NCBI GenBank assembly: GCA_963717315.1
Contig: CAVQWA010000009.1
Coordinates: 720 to 64,719 of the forward strand
Direction of reading: 5' to 3'
Length of the DNA: 64,000 bases
Origin: an uncultured Gemmatimonadales bacterium
GTDB taxonomy: Bacteria > Gemmatimonadota > Gemmatimonadetes > Gemmatimonadales > GWC2-71-9
Shown: positions 9,765 to 20,662 of the stretch, in pieces
Numbering within the stretch: the first letter of the stretch is position 1
Layout of the letters: every line of letters begins with the position of its first letter
Notes under the pieces: generated by a model
The model's database searches: none
What the model saw: the letters and a program-made list of their open reading frames with translations, nothing else
What the model was told of the DNA's origin: nothing
Position numbers and translations under genes: made by a program

Positions 9765-10481
9765 TTACTGGTTCGGGTTGGTGAAGCTGACATTCTGCTG
9801 CACGAGCACGCGCACGGCCTGGCCGCGTACCCGCCCGGGCTTGAACAGGCTCTTGGCCACCAGGTCCTTGGCCGGCTCCGCGAAGGCCGGGTGCGACGTC
9901 TCGAGCACCTTGATGGACGGGCGCTCGGCGTGACCTGTGGTGTCCACGATGAACTCCAGGCGCACCCGCCCGGTGATCCCCGCGCTTTCCAGCACCGGCG
10001 GGTAGCGCATCGGCCCCGGCTGCAGCAGCTGCGGCGGGTCGTCCACCTGGGCCTCGAGGAAGGTCTGGCCCGAGACGTCCACCGGGCCGGTCCCGCCGAC
10101 GACGCCGGCGGCGATGCCGCCCTCGACCCCCTTGCCGGTGAAATCCTTCGGGTTGAACCGCTCGTTCAGGTTGATCGGCGGGATCTCCTTCGGGATCGCA
10201 TCGGGCGGCATCAGCGTCTGGAAGCCCTGGGGGGGCGGATTGGCCGAGACGATGGCGTCCGGCGGAGGCGTTTCCGGCTCCGGCTCGGGCTCCGGCTCGG
10301 GCGGCTTGAGCAGCACCATGCTCGTGTCCGCAATGATCTCCCGGATCTTCACCTCGGCTGCCGACGTGGCCTTGACGGCCGCCACGATCAGCACGACGTG
10401 AATCACCACCGAGAACATCGTCTCGCCCACCGACTTCCGGCGCTTCGGCTTGGACGCGATCAGCGTATCGAACACGCGCAC
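9765..10481 (-). CDS. tonB: TonB-family energy transducer (second copy)
   Basis: N-terminal anchor, PEPEPEPEPE spacer, and C-terminal domain RYPPVLESAGITGRVRLEFIVDTTGH...GQAVRVLVQQNVSF. Confidence 0.85.
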   Translation of the reverse strand: MRVFDTLIASKPKRRKSVGETMFSVVIHVVLIVAAVKATSAAEVKIREIIADTSMVLLKPPEPEPEPEPETPPPDAIVSANPPPQGFQTLMPPDAIPKEIPPINLNERFNPKDFTGKGVEGGIAAGVVGGTGPVDVSGQTFLEAQVDDPPQLLQPGPMRYPPVLESAGITGRVRLEFIVDTTGHAERPSIKVLETSHPAFAEPAKDLVAKSLFKPGRVRGQAVRVLVQQNVSFTNPNQ

Positions 10482-10697
10482 CTCCGAAGACGTGAGGGTG
10501 AATCGGGGCGCCGGGAGCTTATCCCCCGCCGGGTTACCGCGATCTCGCCGCCGGATGACAATTCGATGACAACCGGATGACGAGCGCCGGCCTCCGATCG
10601 GCGGCTCCCGACACCGGACTCATCCTAACGCCCACGGATGGCGTCCCGCCGTCCGGCCGATGACGAATCGGTTGCGGGCGGGTGAGGAGTCGGGGCG

Positions 10698-12212
10698 TCA
10701 CCCCGGGCGCGGTACGGACCCCGGTCCCGCGGCGACGGCCCGTCCACGGGGGAGCTGGACGGTGAAGGTGGTGCCGCGATTCGGGCGGCTCTGCACCGTG
10801 ATGGTCCCGCCGTGGGCCTCCGCGATCCACTTCGTGATCGCGAGCCCGAGGCCGGCGCCGGCCCGGTCCCCGGTGCGCGACCGGGCCACGTCAGCGCGCC
10901 AGAACCGGTCGAAGATGTGGGGGAGGTCGCCGGCGGCGACGCCGACGCCGGTGTCGGCCACGGTGATCGCCACATCCCACCCGCGGTCCTCGAGCCCGAG
11001 CCGGACACGGCCGCCCGCGGGGGTGTACTTGATGGCGTTGGTCACGAGGTTGAGCAGGAGCTGCCGGATCCGGCTCGCGTCCACCTCCAGGACCACCGGG
11101 CCGGTCGGCCGCTCCACCGACACCGCGATTTCGGACTCGGCGCCGAGGATCTCCGCCGTCTCCGCCGCCTCGGTGACCAGCGCCGCCACGTCGTGCGGCT
11201 CGACCGCCAGGGGAGCGCGGCCCTCGTCGGCCCGGGCGAGCGTGAGCAGCCCGTCGACCAGCTCACTCATCTGGTTGATCTGGTCGAGCGTCTCGTCCAG
11301 CGCCTCGAGGCTCTCGGGCGGGGTGCCGGGGTGGGTGAGCGCGCGCTCCACCCCGGCGCGGAAGACCATCAGCGGGGTCTTGAGCTCGTGGCTCGCGTCG
11401 GCCGTGAATCGCCGGAGGCTGGCGAAACTCTGCTCCAGCCGCGCGAGCATCCCGTTCACGGTCGCCGCGAGCCGGGAGACCTCATCGCGGGCCTGGCCGG
11501 CGACGGCAAGGCGCCGGTGCAGGCTCCGCCCATCGGTGATCGCCTCAAGTTCCTCGGTCATCTGCTGCAGTGGCCGGAGCCCCCGCCCCGCCTGCCAGTA
11601 GCCCAGGGCGAGGGAGCTGAGCAGCACGACCGGGGAAACCAGCGCGATCGACCGGAGCAGCTCGGCAGGGCCGAACGGCACGGCGCTGGTCGGGGCGGCG
11701 GCGAGCACCGCGCCGATCCCGGAGCCGTCCGGGGGGAGCCGGCGCACGTGCCAGCGGATCGGGCCCTGGGACCCACCCGCGTCCAGGGTGCCCGCGGTGC
11801 CCCCCCCGCCGGGCGCCGCGAGGGCCAGCAGCCGCACGATCACCGGGTAGCTGAGGGTGCGGGTCGTCTCGGTGAGGTAGAGCTCCCGCCCGGCGGTGTC
11901 GGCGACCAGGAGGAAATCCCGGACGCCCTCGAGCTGGGCCGCCAGGTCCGGCTCGAGGACGAGGCGCGCGACCGGGACGGTGTCGCGGGTGGATTCGATG
12001 GCGGGCACCGACCGTCGCACCACGCGCCCGAGGAGGGTGTAGGACTGGCCCAGGAACTGGACCGCGAGGTCCGCCTCGAGCGCGAGCCGCCGGTCGAGCT
12101 CGCGGAGCGCCGAGCCGCGCCGCTCGAAGTAGAGGGCGCCCGCCAGCGCGGCCACGGTCGCCGCGAGGGTGACCGCGAACCCGAAGGTGAGGCGCCCGCG
12201 AATGGTGGCCAC
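10698..12212 (-). CDS. Sensor histidine kinase (periplasmic sensor, HAMP, HisKA, HATPase_c)
   Basis: GTG start at 12212. H-box SHELKTPL; G-boxes DTGVGV and GAGLGLAI. Confidence 0.9.
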   Translation of the reverse strand: MATIRGRLTFGFAVTLAATVAALAGALYFERRGSALRELDRRLALEADLAVQFLGQSYTLLGRVVRRSVPAIESTRDTVPVARLVLEPDLAAQLEGVRDFLLVADTAGRELYLTETTRTLSYPVIVRLLALAAPGGGGTAGTLDAGGSQGPIRWHVRRLPPDGSGIGAVLAAAPTSAVPFGPAELLRSIALVSPVVLLSSLALGYWQAGRGLRPLQQMTEELEAITDGRSLHRRLAVAGQARDEVSRLAATVNGMLARLEQSFASLRRFTADASHELKTPLMVFRAGVERALTHPGTPPESLEALDETLDQINQMSELVDGLLTLARADEGRAPLAVEPHDVAALVTEAAETAEILGAESEIAVSVERPTGPVVLEVDASRIRQLLLNLVTNAIKYTPAGGRVRLGLEDRGWDVAITVADTGVGVAAGDLPHIFDRFWRADVARSRTGDRAGAGLGLAITKWIAEAHGGTITVQSRPNRGTTFTVQLPRGRAVAAGPGSVPRPG

Positions 12213-12213
12213 G

Positions 12214-12878
<665 letters not shown>

Positions 12879-12882
<4 letters not shown>

Positions 12883-14387
12883 CCGGCCTCCCCGATGGCG
12901 GGCAGGAACACCTGGAACGTCGAGCCCCGCCCGACCTGGCTGTCGGCCTCGATGCGGCCCCGGTGGTCCTCGATGATCCCGTAGCAGATCGAGAGCCCCA
13001 GCCCCGTGCCGCGCCCCTGGGGCTTCGTGGTGTAGAACGGCTCGAAGATCTTCGACAGCTCGGCCGGCGGGATCCCGGGCCCGGTGTCCTCGACCGCCAC
13101 GACCACCTCGTCGGGGCGCGGGGCGAGCCCGGTCCGCACCGTGAGGGCCCCGCCGTGCTCCACCGCGTCCGCGGCGTTGAGCAGCAGGGCCATCAGGACC
13201 TGGATCAGCTGCTCGGCGTTGCCCCGCACCGGCGGGAGGCCCGGCGCCAGCGAGCGGGCGACCGCGACCCGGCGGAACCGCTTGTGGTGCTTGAGCAGGA
13301 ACAGGGTGTCCTCCACCAGCGCGTTCACCTCCACCGGCACCTTGGCCGACCCCTTCGGGCGGCTGAAGTCGAGGAGCTGGTCGACGATCCGGGTACAGCG
13401 CTGCACCTCCTTCTCGACGATCTCCAGGTACTCCCGGAGCGCCGGCTGCAGCGCGGGACCGGCCTCCTCGATGCGTCCCTCCAGCGCCGCCACGCAGGCG
13501 GAGATCGTGGCCAGCGGGTTGTTGATTTCGTGCATCACGCCGGCGGCCAGCTGGCCGATGGCCGCGAGCTTCTCGCTCTGGAGGATGGATTCCTGCGCCG
13601 TCCGCCACTCGGTCACGTCCTCCCCGATCGTGATCACGTGGGTGATCGCCCCGCCCCCCAGCCGCATCGGGATCTTGCTCAGCCGGTAGGTGCGGGCCCC
13701 GCCCTCGCCCGGCACGGCAAGCTCCACCTGGTGGGTGCGCCCGGTCCGGAAGACTTCGTCGAACTCGGCCCGGAGCCCTGCCGGGTCCTGCCGGGTGAGG
13801 ACGTCGAAGACCTCGCGGCCGACCACGTCGGCGCGGAGGAGGCCCTGGGTCCCCGTCTCCCGCTTCCGGTTCCAGACCTGGATCCGGTAGTCACGGTCCA
13901 CCACGTAGAGCCCAATGGGGAGGCTGTCGATCACCAGGCTCGTGAAGCGCCGCTGGTGCTCCACCTCGCGGGCGCGCACCGCCACCTCGTACGCCAGGTC
14001 CTCGGAGAGCTCGTCCGCGGCGAGGAATCGTGCCAGCAGGTCGGCCACCACCGCGAGCGCCTCACCGGCGGACGCCGGATCGCCCTCCGGTTCCACGTCG
14101 AGCGCACCGAGCAGCTCACCGGCGCTCTCGATCGGGAACCGGAGCGCCCCGCCGGCGGGGAGGTCGGGGAGTGCCGCCGCCGCGAGCGGCTCCGCGGGCG
14201 GCGGCTCGACCGACCGGAATCCCGCCCCCGCAGGCTCGCGCCGCCAGAGCCGGGCCGAGGCGGCGGGAAGGTCGGCCCGAAGCGTGGTCAGCACCCGGAC
14301 CAGCGTCATCCCGGAGTCGTACCCGGCCCCGAGCAGCCGGGCGACCGTCCCGACGAGCGCGAGCGGAGTCGGACGTGCGTTGCTCAC
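12879..14387 (-). CDS. PAS-domain sensor histidine kinase (cytoplasmic)
   Basis: PAS core (LPIGLYVVDRDYRIQVWN...ITIGEDVTEW), H-box GVMHEINNPL, and HATPase motifs DTGPGI and GTGLGLSI. Start set at GTG 14387, which overlaps the upstream stop (GTGA). The upstream part of the 635-aa ORF overlaps the lipoprotein gene. Confidence 0.8.
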
Positions 14388-14842
14388 GACACCCCGGGCC
14401 GCTCCGCCGGCGCGACCTGCGTGATCCTCCAGACACCGGCGACCCGGTGGAGGGTGAGCAGTTCGGTGCCGTCGCGCTCCCTCGGCGTGCCCGGGTCGAG
14501 GCGCAGCTCGAGCCAGACCGTGGCGAGGTCGCCCTCGATCCGGACCTCGCTCCCGAGCGGCTGGACATTGGCGCCCTGGTAGAGCCAGGGGATTGCCGAT
14601 TCCGAGGGCCGCAGCCAGCCGGTTCCGGAGCCCGGCGATGCCAGCACCGTCGCGCCGCCCCAGCAGAGGCTCCGGGCCGCGTCGAGGTTGCCGGCGGCGA
14701 GCGCATCGTGGAACCGGGTCACCACGGCACGGACCGCCTCGAGTTCGCGGGAGGACTCGCGCGGCGGCCGGGTCTCCAGCCGGCACGACGGCAGGAGCAC
14801 CGCGATCAGGGCCAGCGCGAGGAGGTGGCGGCGGTCAGGCAT
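14384..14842 (-). CDS. NTF2-like (SnoaL/DUF4440-type) lipoprotein
   Basis: Signal plus lipobox LLALALIAVLLPSC, then an NTF2-like pattern (AVVTRFHDALAAGNLDAAR...LHRVAGVWRITQV). Confidence 0.55.
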   Translation of the reverse strand: MPDRRHLLALALIAVLLPSCRLETRPPRESSRELEAVRAVVTRFHDALAAGNLDAARSLCWGGATVLASPGSGTGWLRPSESAIPWLYQGANVQPLGSEVRIEGDLATVWLELRLDPGTPRERDGTELLTLHRVAGVWRITQVAPAERPGVS

Positions 14843-17639
14843 CGTGGAAGATCACCTCGTGCTCGCCCTCGGCCTCGAAGTGCGCGACCGTGCCGCCCAG
14901 CGGGATGTCGTCCACGCTCAGCGCCGCCGGGGCCGCACCCATCCGTCCCAGCGCCAGGTGAATGCGCGGCCCGTAGGTGCGGCGCACGCGGACGACCAGC
15001 CCGCCCGGGCGCCGGCGGGCCTCCAGCGTGAGGGACGTGCGGCCCACGCGCAGCCGATCGAGGGTCATGCCGTCCCACGCCGGCGGCACCCACGGCGTCA
15101 CCCCCACCGCGCCGGCCAGCGCGTCGGGCACGACCCCCCAGAGTCCCTCGACCAGCGGCCGGGCGGTGAGCGCCGCGGCGGCAGCGTGATCGGGACAGGT
15201 CCCCGCCCCCTGGCGCGTGACGCCGTCGAGCGCCTCGTCGAAGGCCCCGCGGGTGCGCTCGAACGGCAGCGCGGCGTTCTGCGCGGCGTGCATGAGCGCC
15301 GACTCGGGCCGGCCGGCCCGCCATTCCGCCAGGCTCACCCAGCCGGTCAGCACCGGGCTCACCGCGCCCGCGTGGACGTCGGCGGCGTCGAAGCGCGGGT
15401 CGGTGCGATCGAGCAGCCGCACCCCCCACGGCGTCGTGAACGCGTCACTCCCCACCAGGTCGAGCCAGGGGCCGGCCTCCGCCGGGGGCACGAGACCGAG
15501 CAGGACCGGGATGGCCACCAGCGCCGTGACCGTCGGGTCCACGGCCCCGGCCAGGTCGATGGCCGTCCCCCACCCCGCCCCGGACCGGAAGCGGCGGGTC
15601 GCCACCTCCCGAGCGACCAGGGCGCGGTCACCCAGTTCCGACGCAAGGTCGCTGAAGCCCAGGGCCTCCGCCACCGGCTCGAGCCCCTCGAGGGCCGCCA
15701 CCCACGCAGCGGCGAGGTGGAAGCTGACACCACGGGCCGCCAGTGGTCCGCGGCGCAGCCAGTCGTGCCCCTGGCGGTGGTTCTCGAGCAGCCCGTCGCC
15801 GTCCCGGTCGCAGGTCAGGCAGTGGCGGTATGCGCGCAGCAGCGAGGGCCAGTACCGCCGGAGGGACTCGAGGTCCCCGGACCACGCGGCGTACCGCCCC
15901 GCCAGGTAGAGGAAGAGTGGCGTCGCGTCCGCGGCGCCGAAGTCGGCGAAGCCGCTGGTCGAGACCCGATGGGGCACGCGTCCCGTGACCTCCTGGGCCT
16001 GCGCCAGGAACTTGAGCAGGTCGCGCGGGCCGTCCCGCTCGCCGGTGGCAAGCTGGCCGAGCGCCGTCCAGCACGCGTCCGGGCCGTGGTACCAGGTACG
16101 CCCCGGTCGCACCGGGTCCGCCGCCGCGTATCCCGCGAGGATCGAACGGCCCACCCCCGGCGTGCCCGCGCGGTGCGCGTCCATCCGCACCTTCGCCCAC
16201 TCGAGCGCGGAGACCAGCCGGTCATCCGGGCAGCGCAGGGCCGTGCCGTGACGGCGCAGCAGCTCGGCGTGCTGCCGCCGCTGGGCGGTGAGGCCGGCCA
16301 GCCCGCGACGCTCCAGTGCCGCGAGACTCCGGGCAAGGTCCGCCTCGTCCACTCCGCCCAGCGCCACGATCCGGGTGGCCCCGCCGGGCTCCACCGTCAC
16401 CTCGACCGCGGGGCCGGCACCGGCGCGGGCCGCGAGCTGCCCGCCCTCGACGGCCACCACCGCACGGGCGCCGGAGGCGTCGCCAACCCACACTGCACCG
16501 CCATCGGGCCGGACCGCGAACCGGAGATCCCCTCCGGCCCCTGACGGCGCCGGCCAGGCGCGTCGGAGGTCCACCGTGAACGCCAGCGACCGTCCCGCCC
16601 CGCCCTCGATGTCCCAGACCACCGCCGGCAGCTCGATGGGCACGAGCCACCGCTCGGTCACCCGGGCGCCGCCCACCCGCGCCTCGCGGCGAATCTCCTC
16701 CGGCGCGATCACGAACGAGCCGGGGAGAACGTCGGCGGCCCAGCGGATGCCCGCCAGGAGGCGTACCGGATGGGCCCACGCCTCGACCAGGCCCGCATCC
16801 TCCCGGCCAAGCGCCACCAGCCGGCGGCCGGCGAGCGTCCACGCCGCGTCGGTTGCCACCCCTCCCAGCCCGAGCGGGGAAGGCGTCGCGGGCGGGAAGG
16901 TCCCGAGCGCGGGAACGGTCGGGACGGGCGCCGCGGGATCCTCGACCGCGCGAAGGCCTGGCGCCGGCCACGTGGTGGCCACCGCGCCGCGGCCCTCGTG
17001 CGGGATCGCGTCGCCGAGGACGGCGTTGGCGAGTACGGCCTCGAGCTGTGGGCGGCAGAGCGCGTCGGCGGCGTCGGGCACGACGAACGCGCCGATGCAG
17101 AGCACCCCGCCCGCTCCCACATCCTGCTCCCACGCCACGGCGTGAGCCGGGTCGGGCACGGTGCCGGCTCGCTCGATCGCGACGACCCGCGAGGCGCGGG
17201 GGCGCGCCGCGTGATACCCGGTGCGGCGCACCCGCTCGCCCGGACGGGGCGCCCAGATGAAGGCGCTCCGGCCGAGGCCGTCGAGCAGCGGGTGCGGGCC
17301 GAAGGACGCGAGGCCGAGCCGGGGGGGGAGCGGACCGTCGGGGATCGTGGGGGGCCAGGGCGCGTCGGAACCCTCGTCGGGCGCGACCCCCTCGAGGCCG
17401 AGTGCGGCGGGGAGGAGCGCCGCCTCGAGCGTGCACAGCATGCGGCCCCCACCCCGCAACCACTCGACCACGCCGTCCGCTGGCGCGGCGGCGCCGTGCA
17501 CCCACGCCCCGTCGGCGTGCTCCAGCTCGGCCTCCGCCAGCGAGTCCACGCGGCGGGCCTCGACGTCGGGCAGCGACTCGAGCCACGCGAACGCGGCATC
17601 GCCGTCCGGTCCCGACGCGACCAGGACCCAGCGTCTCAC
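14835..17639 (-). CDS. (alpha/alpha)6-barrel glycosidase of the glycogen-debranching (GDE_C / amylo-alpha-1,6-glucosidase) type, with a large N-terminal extension
   Basis: GDE_C-like blocks AADATPLFLYLAGRYAAWSGD and DGDGLLENHRQGHDWL, plus ...TTPWGVRLL. 934 aa. Confidence 0.6.
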   Translation of the reverse strand: MRRWVLVASGPDGDAAFAWLESLPDVEARRVDSLAEAELEHADGAWVHGAAAPADGVVEWLRGGGRMLCTLEAALLPAALGLEGVAPDEGSDAPWPPTIPDGPLPPRLGLASFGPHPLLDGLGRSAFIWAPRPGERVRRTGYHAARPRASRVVAIERAGTVPDPAHAVAWEQDVGAGGVLCIGAFVVPDAADALCRPQLEAVLANAVLGDAIPHEGRGAVATTWPAPGLRAVEDPAAPVPTVPALGTFPPATPSPLGLGGVATDAAWTLAGRRLVALGREDAGLVEAWAHPVRLLAGIRWAADVLPGSFVIAPEEIRREARVGGARVTERWLVPIELPAVVWDIEGGAGRSLAFTVDLRRAWPAPSGAGGDLRFAVRPDGGAVWVGDASGARAVVAVEGGQLAARAGAGPAVEVTVEPGGATRIVALGGVDEADLARSLAALERRGLAGLTAQRRQHAELLRRHGTALRCPDDRLVSALEWAKVRMDAHRAGTPGVGRSILAGYAAADPVRPGRTWYHGPDACWTALGQLATGERDGPRDLLKFLAQAQEVTGRVPHRVSTSGFADFGAADATPLFLYLAGRYAAWSGDLESLRRYWPSLLRAYRHCLTCDRDGDGLLENHRQGHDWLRRGPLAARGVSFHLAAAWVAALEGLEPVAEALGFSDLASELGDRALVAREVATRRFRSGAGWGTAIDLAGAVDPTVTALVAIPVLLGLVPPAEAGPWLDLVGSDAFTTPWGVRLLDRTDPRFDAADVHAGAVSPVLTGWVSLAEWRAGRPESALMHAAQNAALPFERTRGAFDEALDGVTRQGAGTCPDHAAAAALTARPLVEGLWGVVPDALAGAVGVTPWVPPAWDGMTLDRLRVGRTSLTLEARRRPGGLVVRVRRTYGPRIHLALGRMGAAPAALSVDDIPLGGTVAHFEAEGEHEVIFHDA

Positions 17640-17699
17640 GGAATGGCTCCCGCGCGCGGGAGGCGCGGGCCGTCGCTCAGGCGCCGGCCCGGGCGAGGG

Positions 17700-18308
17700 T
17701 CATCGCGCCGCCTCGTAACGCCGGCCGACGACCGTCCAGTTCACCACGTTCCACCAGGCCGCGACGTAGTCGGGTCGGCGGTTCTGGTACTTGAGGTAGT
17801 AGGCGTGCTCCCAGACGTCGCACCCGAGCAGGACGTGCTTCCCCTCCATCACCGGCGTGTCCTGGTTCGGGGTGCTGGTGACCGCCAGCTTCCCGCCGTC
17901 CAGCACGAGCCAGGCCCACCCGCTGCCGAAGCGCGTCGCAGCGGCCTTGGCGAAGGCCTCGCGGAACTTCTCGAACCCGCCCAGCTCGGCATCCATCGCG
18001 CCGGCCAGCGCTCCCCCCGGGGCCTTCGCGCCGCCCGGCGCCATCAGCTCCCAGAAGAGGGTGTGGTTCCAGTGTCCGCCGCCGTTGTTGCGCACCGCGG
18101 TGCGGATGGCTTCCGGCACGCTGTCGAGCCCGCGGAGCACGTCCTCGACCGGCTTTCCCTGGAGCGCCGCCTGGCCTTCCAGGGCGGCGTTGAGGTTGTT
18201 CACGTAGGCCGCGTGGTGCTTGTCGTGATGGATCCGCATCGTCTGCTCGTCGATGTGCGGCTCCAGGGCGTCGTACCCGTACGGCAGTTGAGGCAGTGTG
18301 TATGGCAT
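17700..18308 (-). CDS. sodA: Fe/Mn superoxide dismutase (Mn-type features)
   Basis: [42 protein letters not shown] and [15 protein letters not shown]. Confidence 0.95.
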   Translation of the reverse strand: MPYTLPQLPYGYDALEPHIDEQTMRIHHDKHHAAYVNNLNAALEGQAALQGKPVEDVLRGLDSVPEAIRTAVRNNGGGHWNHTLFWELMAPGGAKAPGGALAGAMDAELGGFEKFREAFAKAAATRFGSGWAWLVLDGGKLAVTSTPNQDTPVMEGKHVLLGCDVWEHAYYLKYQNRRPDYVAAWWNVVNWTVVGRRYEAAR

Positions 18309-18395
18309 ATGGCGGCGCTCCGGCGAAGGAGTCGGGTGAGGCCGGCGGACAATGTCGGCCGGGAGGCGAAGTATGCCCCCCGGCCGGGGGAGGGG

Positions 18396-19655
18396 TCAAC
18401 CGCGCGGCGGCCACGCGCCGGCGACGGCACCGGCCACCAGCATGACGCTGTACGACACCTCATTGGCGAGCGTGCCGGTCAGGGCCTCGCCGGCGGCCCA
18501 GGCGAGCGTCACCACCAGCGCCAGGCGGAGGCCGAGGACATGCCCGGCCACCCGCGAGCCCGGCCTCGCGAGCGTCGCCGAGACGAGGAGCACCGGCCCG
18601 CCCAGTCGCCCCGGCTCGCCGCCGACGAGGAGCGCCCCGAGGCCCACGGCGGCCAGGAGCAGGTCGCCCCGCCGGGCTGCGCCGGCCAGGATCGCGGCGA
18701 GTGCCGCCGCCGCGAGCACGCCCGCCGACCACGCCGGGAGCGCGCCCGGCAGCAGGGGGAGCACGACGCGCCAGGCCAGCAGCACCGCGACCACCGCGAG
18801 CCCGGCGCCCGTCGCTCCGTCCAGTGGCGGCACGCCCGCGAATCGGAACAGCACCGCGCCGAGGAGCGGCACGAGCAGGTATTCCGCCGCCGGGCTCAAC
18901 GGGACCTGCTCGATGTCCCGCATCCATCCGCCCTCGACGCCGGCGATCGTGCCGAGCAGCCACCACGCGCCGAGGAGCGCGGGCAGGGCCACCGCATCCG
19001 GGGCGGCGGCGCGCACCGCTCGGGCCCGCAGGTCCTCCCGGGCCGCCAGCACGAGGAGCATCGCGCCGCCCGCAAGGACGAGGTGCAGGTGCGGGCCGAT
19101 CGCGATCAGCAGCAGGCCGATCCCCCACGGTGCAACGGCCGCGAGGCTGGCCGGGGGCCTTGCGGGAGAGAGCCGGCAGGGGACCCGGGCGAGGAGTGCC
19201 CGAAGCCGGACGGCGCCACCGGCCCAGGCGAGGAGCGCGAGTGCGGCCGCGAGACCCACGCCCGCCGTGACGGCCCGGAGCGGGCCGGCGTCCGAGAGTA
19301 CGGGCCACGCCGGGACCAGCCCGCCGGCGGCGAGGGCCAACGCAAGCGCAGGCCGGGACAGTGGGCGATCCGGCGCGCCACGCAGGGCAGCGAGGCCGAT
19401 GGACCCCGCCGCCCCCCACGCGAGGGCAGTCGCGGCCACGAGTCCGGCCGTCGCGACCAGGAACGTCGTCGCCCCCTGGGGCGACGGCGGGGCGAGGAAG
19501 GGTGAGGCGGTCCAACCGTCCAGCCGGAGCGCCGCGAGGGGGAGCAGGTACGCCACCGTCCCCAGGGTGCCGAGCGCGCGCGCTCGGCTCTCGCGCAGGA
19601 GCAACGCGGCCGCGGCAAGGGGGAGAACGAGGATGGTCGGGGGGAGGGCGGCCAT
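18396..19655 (-). CDS. Polytopic integral membrane protein of unknown function
   Basis: 419 aa, Ala/Leu/Gly-rich, with ~10-12 hydrophobic segments separated by Arg/Pro loops. No recognised motif. The competing ORFs are Arg/Pro/Ser junk. Confidence 0.5.
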   Translation of the reverse strand: MAALPPTILVLPLAAAALLLRESRARALGTLGTVAYLLPLAALRLDGWTASPFLAPPSPQGATTFLVATAGLVAATALAWGAAGSIGLAALRGAPDRPLSRPALALALAAGGLVPAWPVLSDAGPLRAVTAGVGLAAALALLAWAGGAVRLRALLARVPCRLSPARPPASLAAVAPWGIGLLLIAIGPHLHLVLAGGAMLLVLAAREDLRARAVRAAAPDAVALPALLGAWWLLGTIAGVEGGWMRDIEQVPLSPAAEYLLVPLLGAVLFRFAGVPPLDGATGAGLAVVAVLLAWRVVLPLLPGALPAWSAGVLAAAALAAILAGAARRGDLLLAAVGLGALLVGGEPGRLGGPVLLVSATLARPGSRVAGHVLGLRLALVVTLAWAAGEALTGTLANEVSYSVMLVAGAVAGAWPPRG

Positions 19656-19671
19656 CGGGGGAAGCTAGCCC

Positions 19672-19713
19672 GGCAGAAAACGAAGCGCCCCCCGCAGGGC
19701 GGGGGGCGCTTCG
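19672..19713 (-). terminator. Rho-independent terminator of the PEP-CTERM gene
   Basis: 13-bp GC stem 19681-19693 / 19701-19713 with a 7-nt loop. On the minus strand it is followed by TTTTCTG (plus-strand AAAA at 19677-19680). Confidence 0.7.
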
Positions 19714-19730
19714 CTCGGGGGCGATCGGTG

Positions 19731-20315
19731 TCAGCCGATGTCGGACGGCTTCCGGCGGCGGCGCAACTGCGCCCCGCCGAGACCGGCGAGACCGGTAGCC
19801 AGGAGGGTCATGGTCACCGGCTCCGGCGTCGTGGTCTCGGGAGTCGGCGAGGCCGGCCCCGGCGAGGAGGACGGCCCGCCGGTCGGATTCGTGGTGCCGG
19901 TCGGGTTGGTCGGGCCGGTGGGGTCACCCGAGGTGGCGGGCGAATTCGGGTCGCCGACGGCGCCCGGATTGTCACCGCCGATCAGCTCGCTCGCCAGGTA
20001 GGCGCCGCCGCCGACGCCGGCCAGGACGATCACGTAGGCCGAGGAAAGGAACCCGCCCATCTCGTCCTCGTCATTCTCGTCCTCGCCCCTGGACGGGGTG
20101 ACGACGGACGGAGCGCCCACCAGCGACGCGAGCGTGGACCCGGACTGCAGCAGCATGGCCGGCTGGCCCATGAGCCGTCCATACTCCGCACCGAGCGCGC
20201 TCACGTACTGCCAGCGGCCCGAGGCGTTGGTCCGCAGGTCGGCCGCTGCTTCGCCGGGGACGACGCCCAGGAGGGCCGCTCCGGCGAGAAGGCCGAACAG
20301 GGGGTTTACTCGCAT
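19731..20315 (-). CDS. PEP-CTERM sorting-domain secreted protein
   Basis: N-terminal signal peptide and a Pro/Thr/Gly-rich linker. C-terminal tripartite tag TPEPVTMTLLATGLAGLGGAQLRRRRK: PEP motif, TM helix, Arg cluster. Confidence 0.8.
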   Translation of the reverse strand: MRVNPLFGLLAGAALLGVVPGEAAADLRTNASGRWQYVSALGAEYGRLMGQPAMLLQSGSTLASLVGAPSVVTPSRGEDENDEDEMGGFLSSAYVIVLAGVGGGAYLASELIGGDNPGAVGDPNSPATSGDPTGPTNPTGTTNPTGGPSSSPGPASPTPETTTPEPVTMTLLATGLAGLGGAQLRRRRKPSDIG

Positions 20316-20662
20316 CGGTCACCTCATCCAAGGGAGACTGCTCAGCAACCCGCCGCTACGGGCGGTGCCGCTCGGTTTTGCAAGAGACAAGCCAATCCCA
20401 TCGGATAGAGATGGTCGCGGCCCCAATCTGGTAAGTCATTGCCACTAAATGCATTGACACGTGCCATGCGCCCAATTGCACCCGGTTCGCCCGGCGAGCC
20501 AAGCCCATCCGGCGACCGTTCCGCTCCACGCTGTGGCAACGGCGCACCAACAGTTGTCCGGCGGGGATCGCCGCCCCATTATGTGGCGGCGGCGCCGGTC
20601 CGGAAGGACCGGGGTTGGTGTCGCACTGCTGTCGCCGCCAATCACCCTCTGCCGGAGGCCCG

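Noticed and set aside
16770-19505. 911-aa plus-strand ORF across the glycosidase, sodA and membrane-protein genes
   Set aside because: Antisense to sodA, whose identity is unambiguous. Its composition is typical of GC-rich shadow ORFs.
18396-19655. The polytopic membrane protein next to the PEP-CTERM gene as an exosortase
   Set aside because: The only Cys is in a loop-like RVPCRLS context, and I cannot identify the conserved Arg/Cys/His exosortase pattern. The adjacency alone is insufficient. It is called only as a membrane protein of unknown function.
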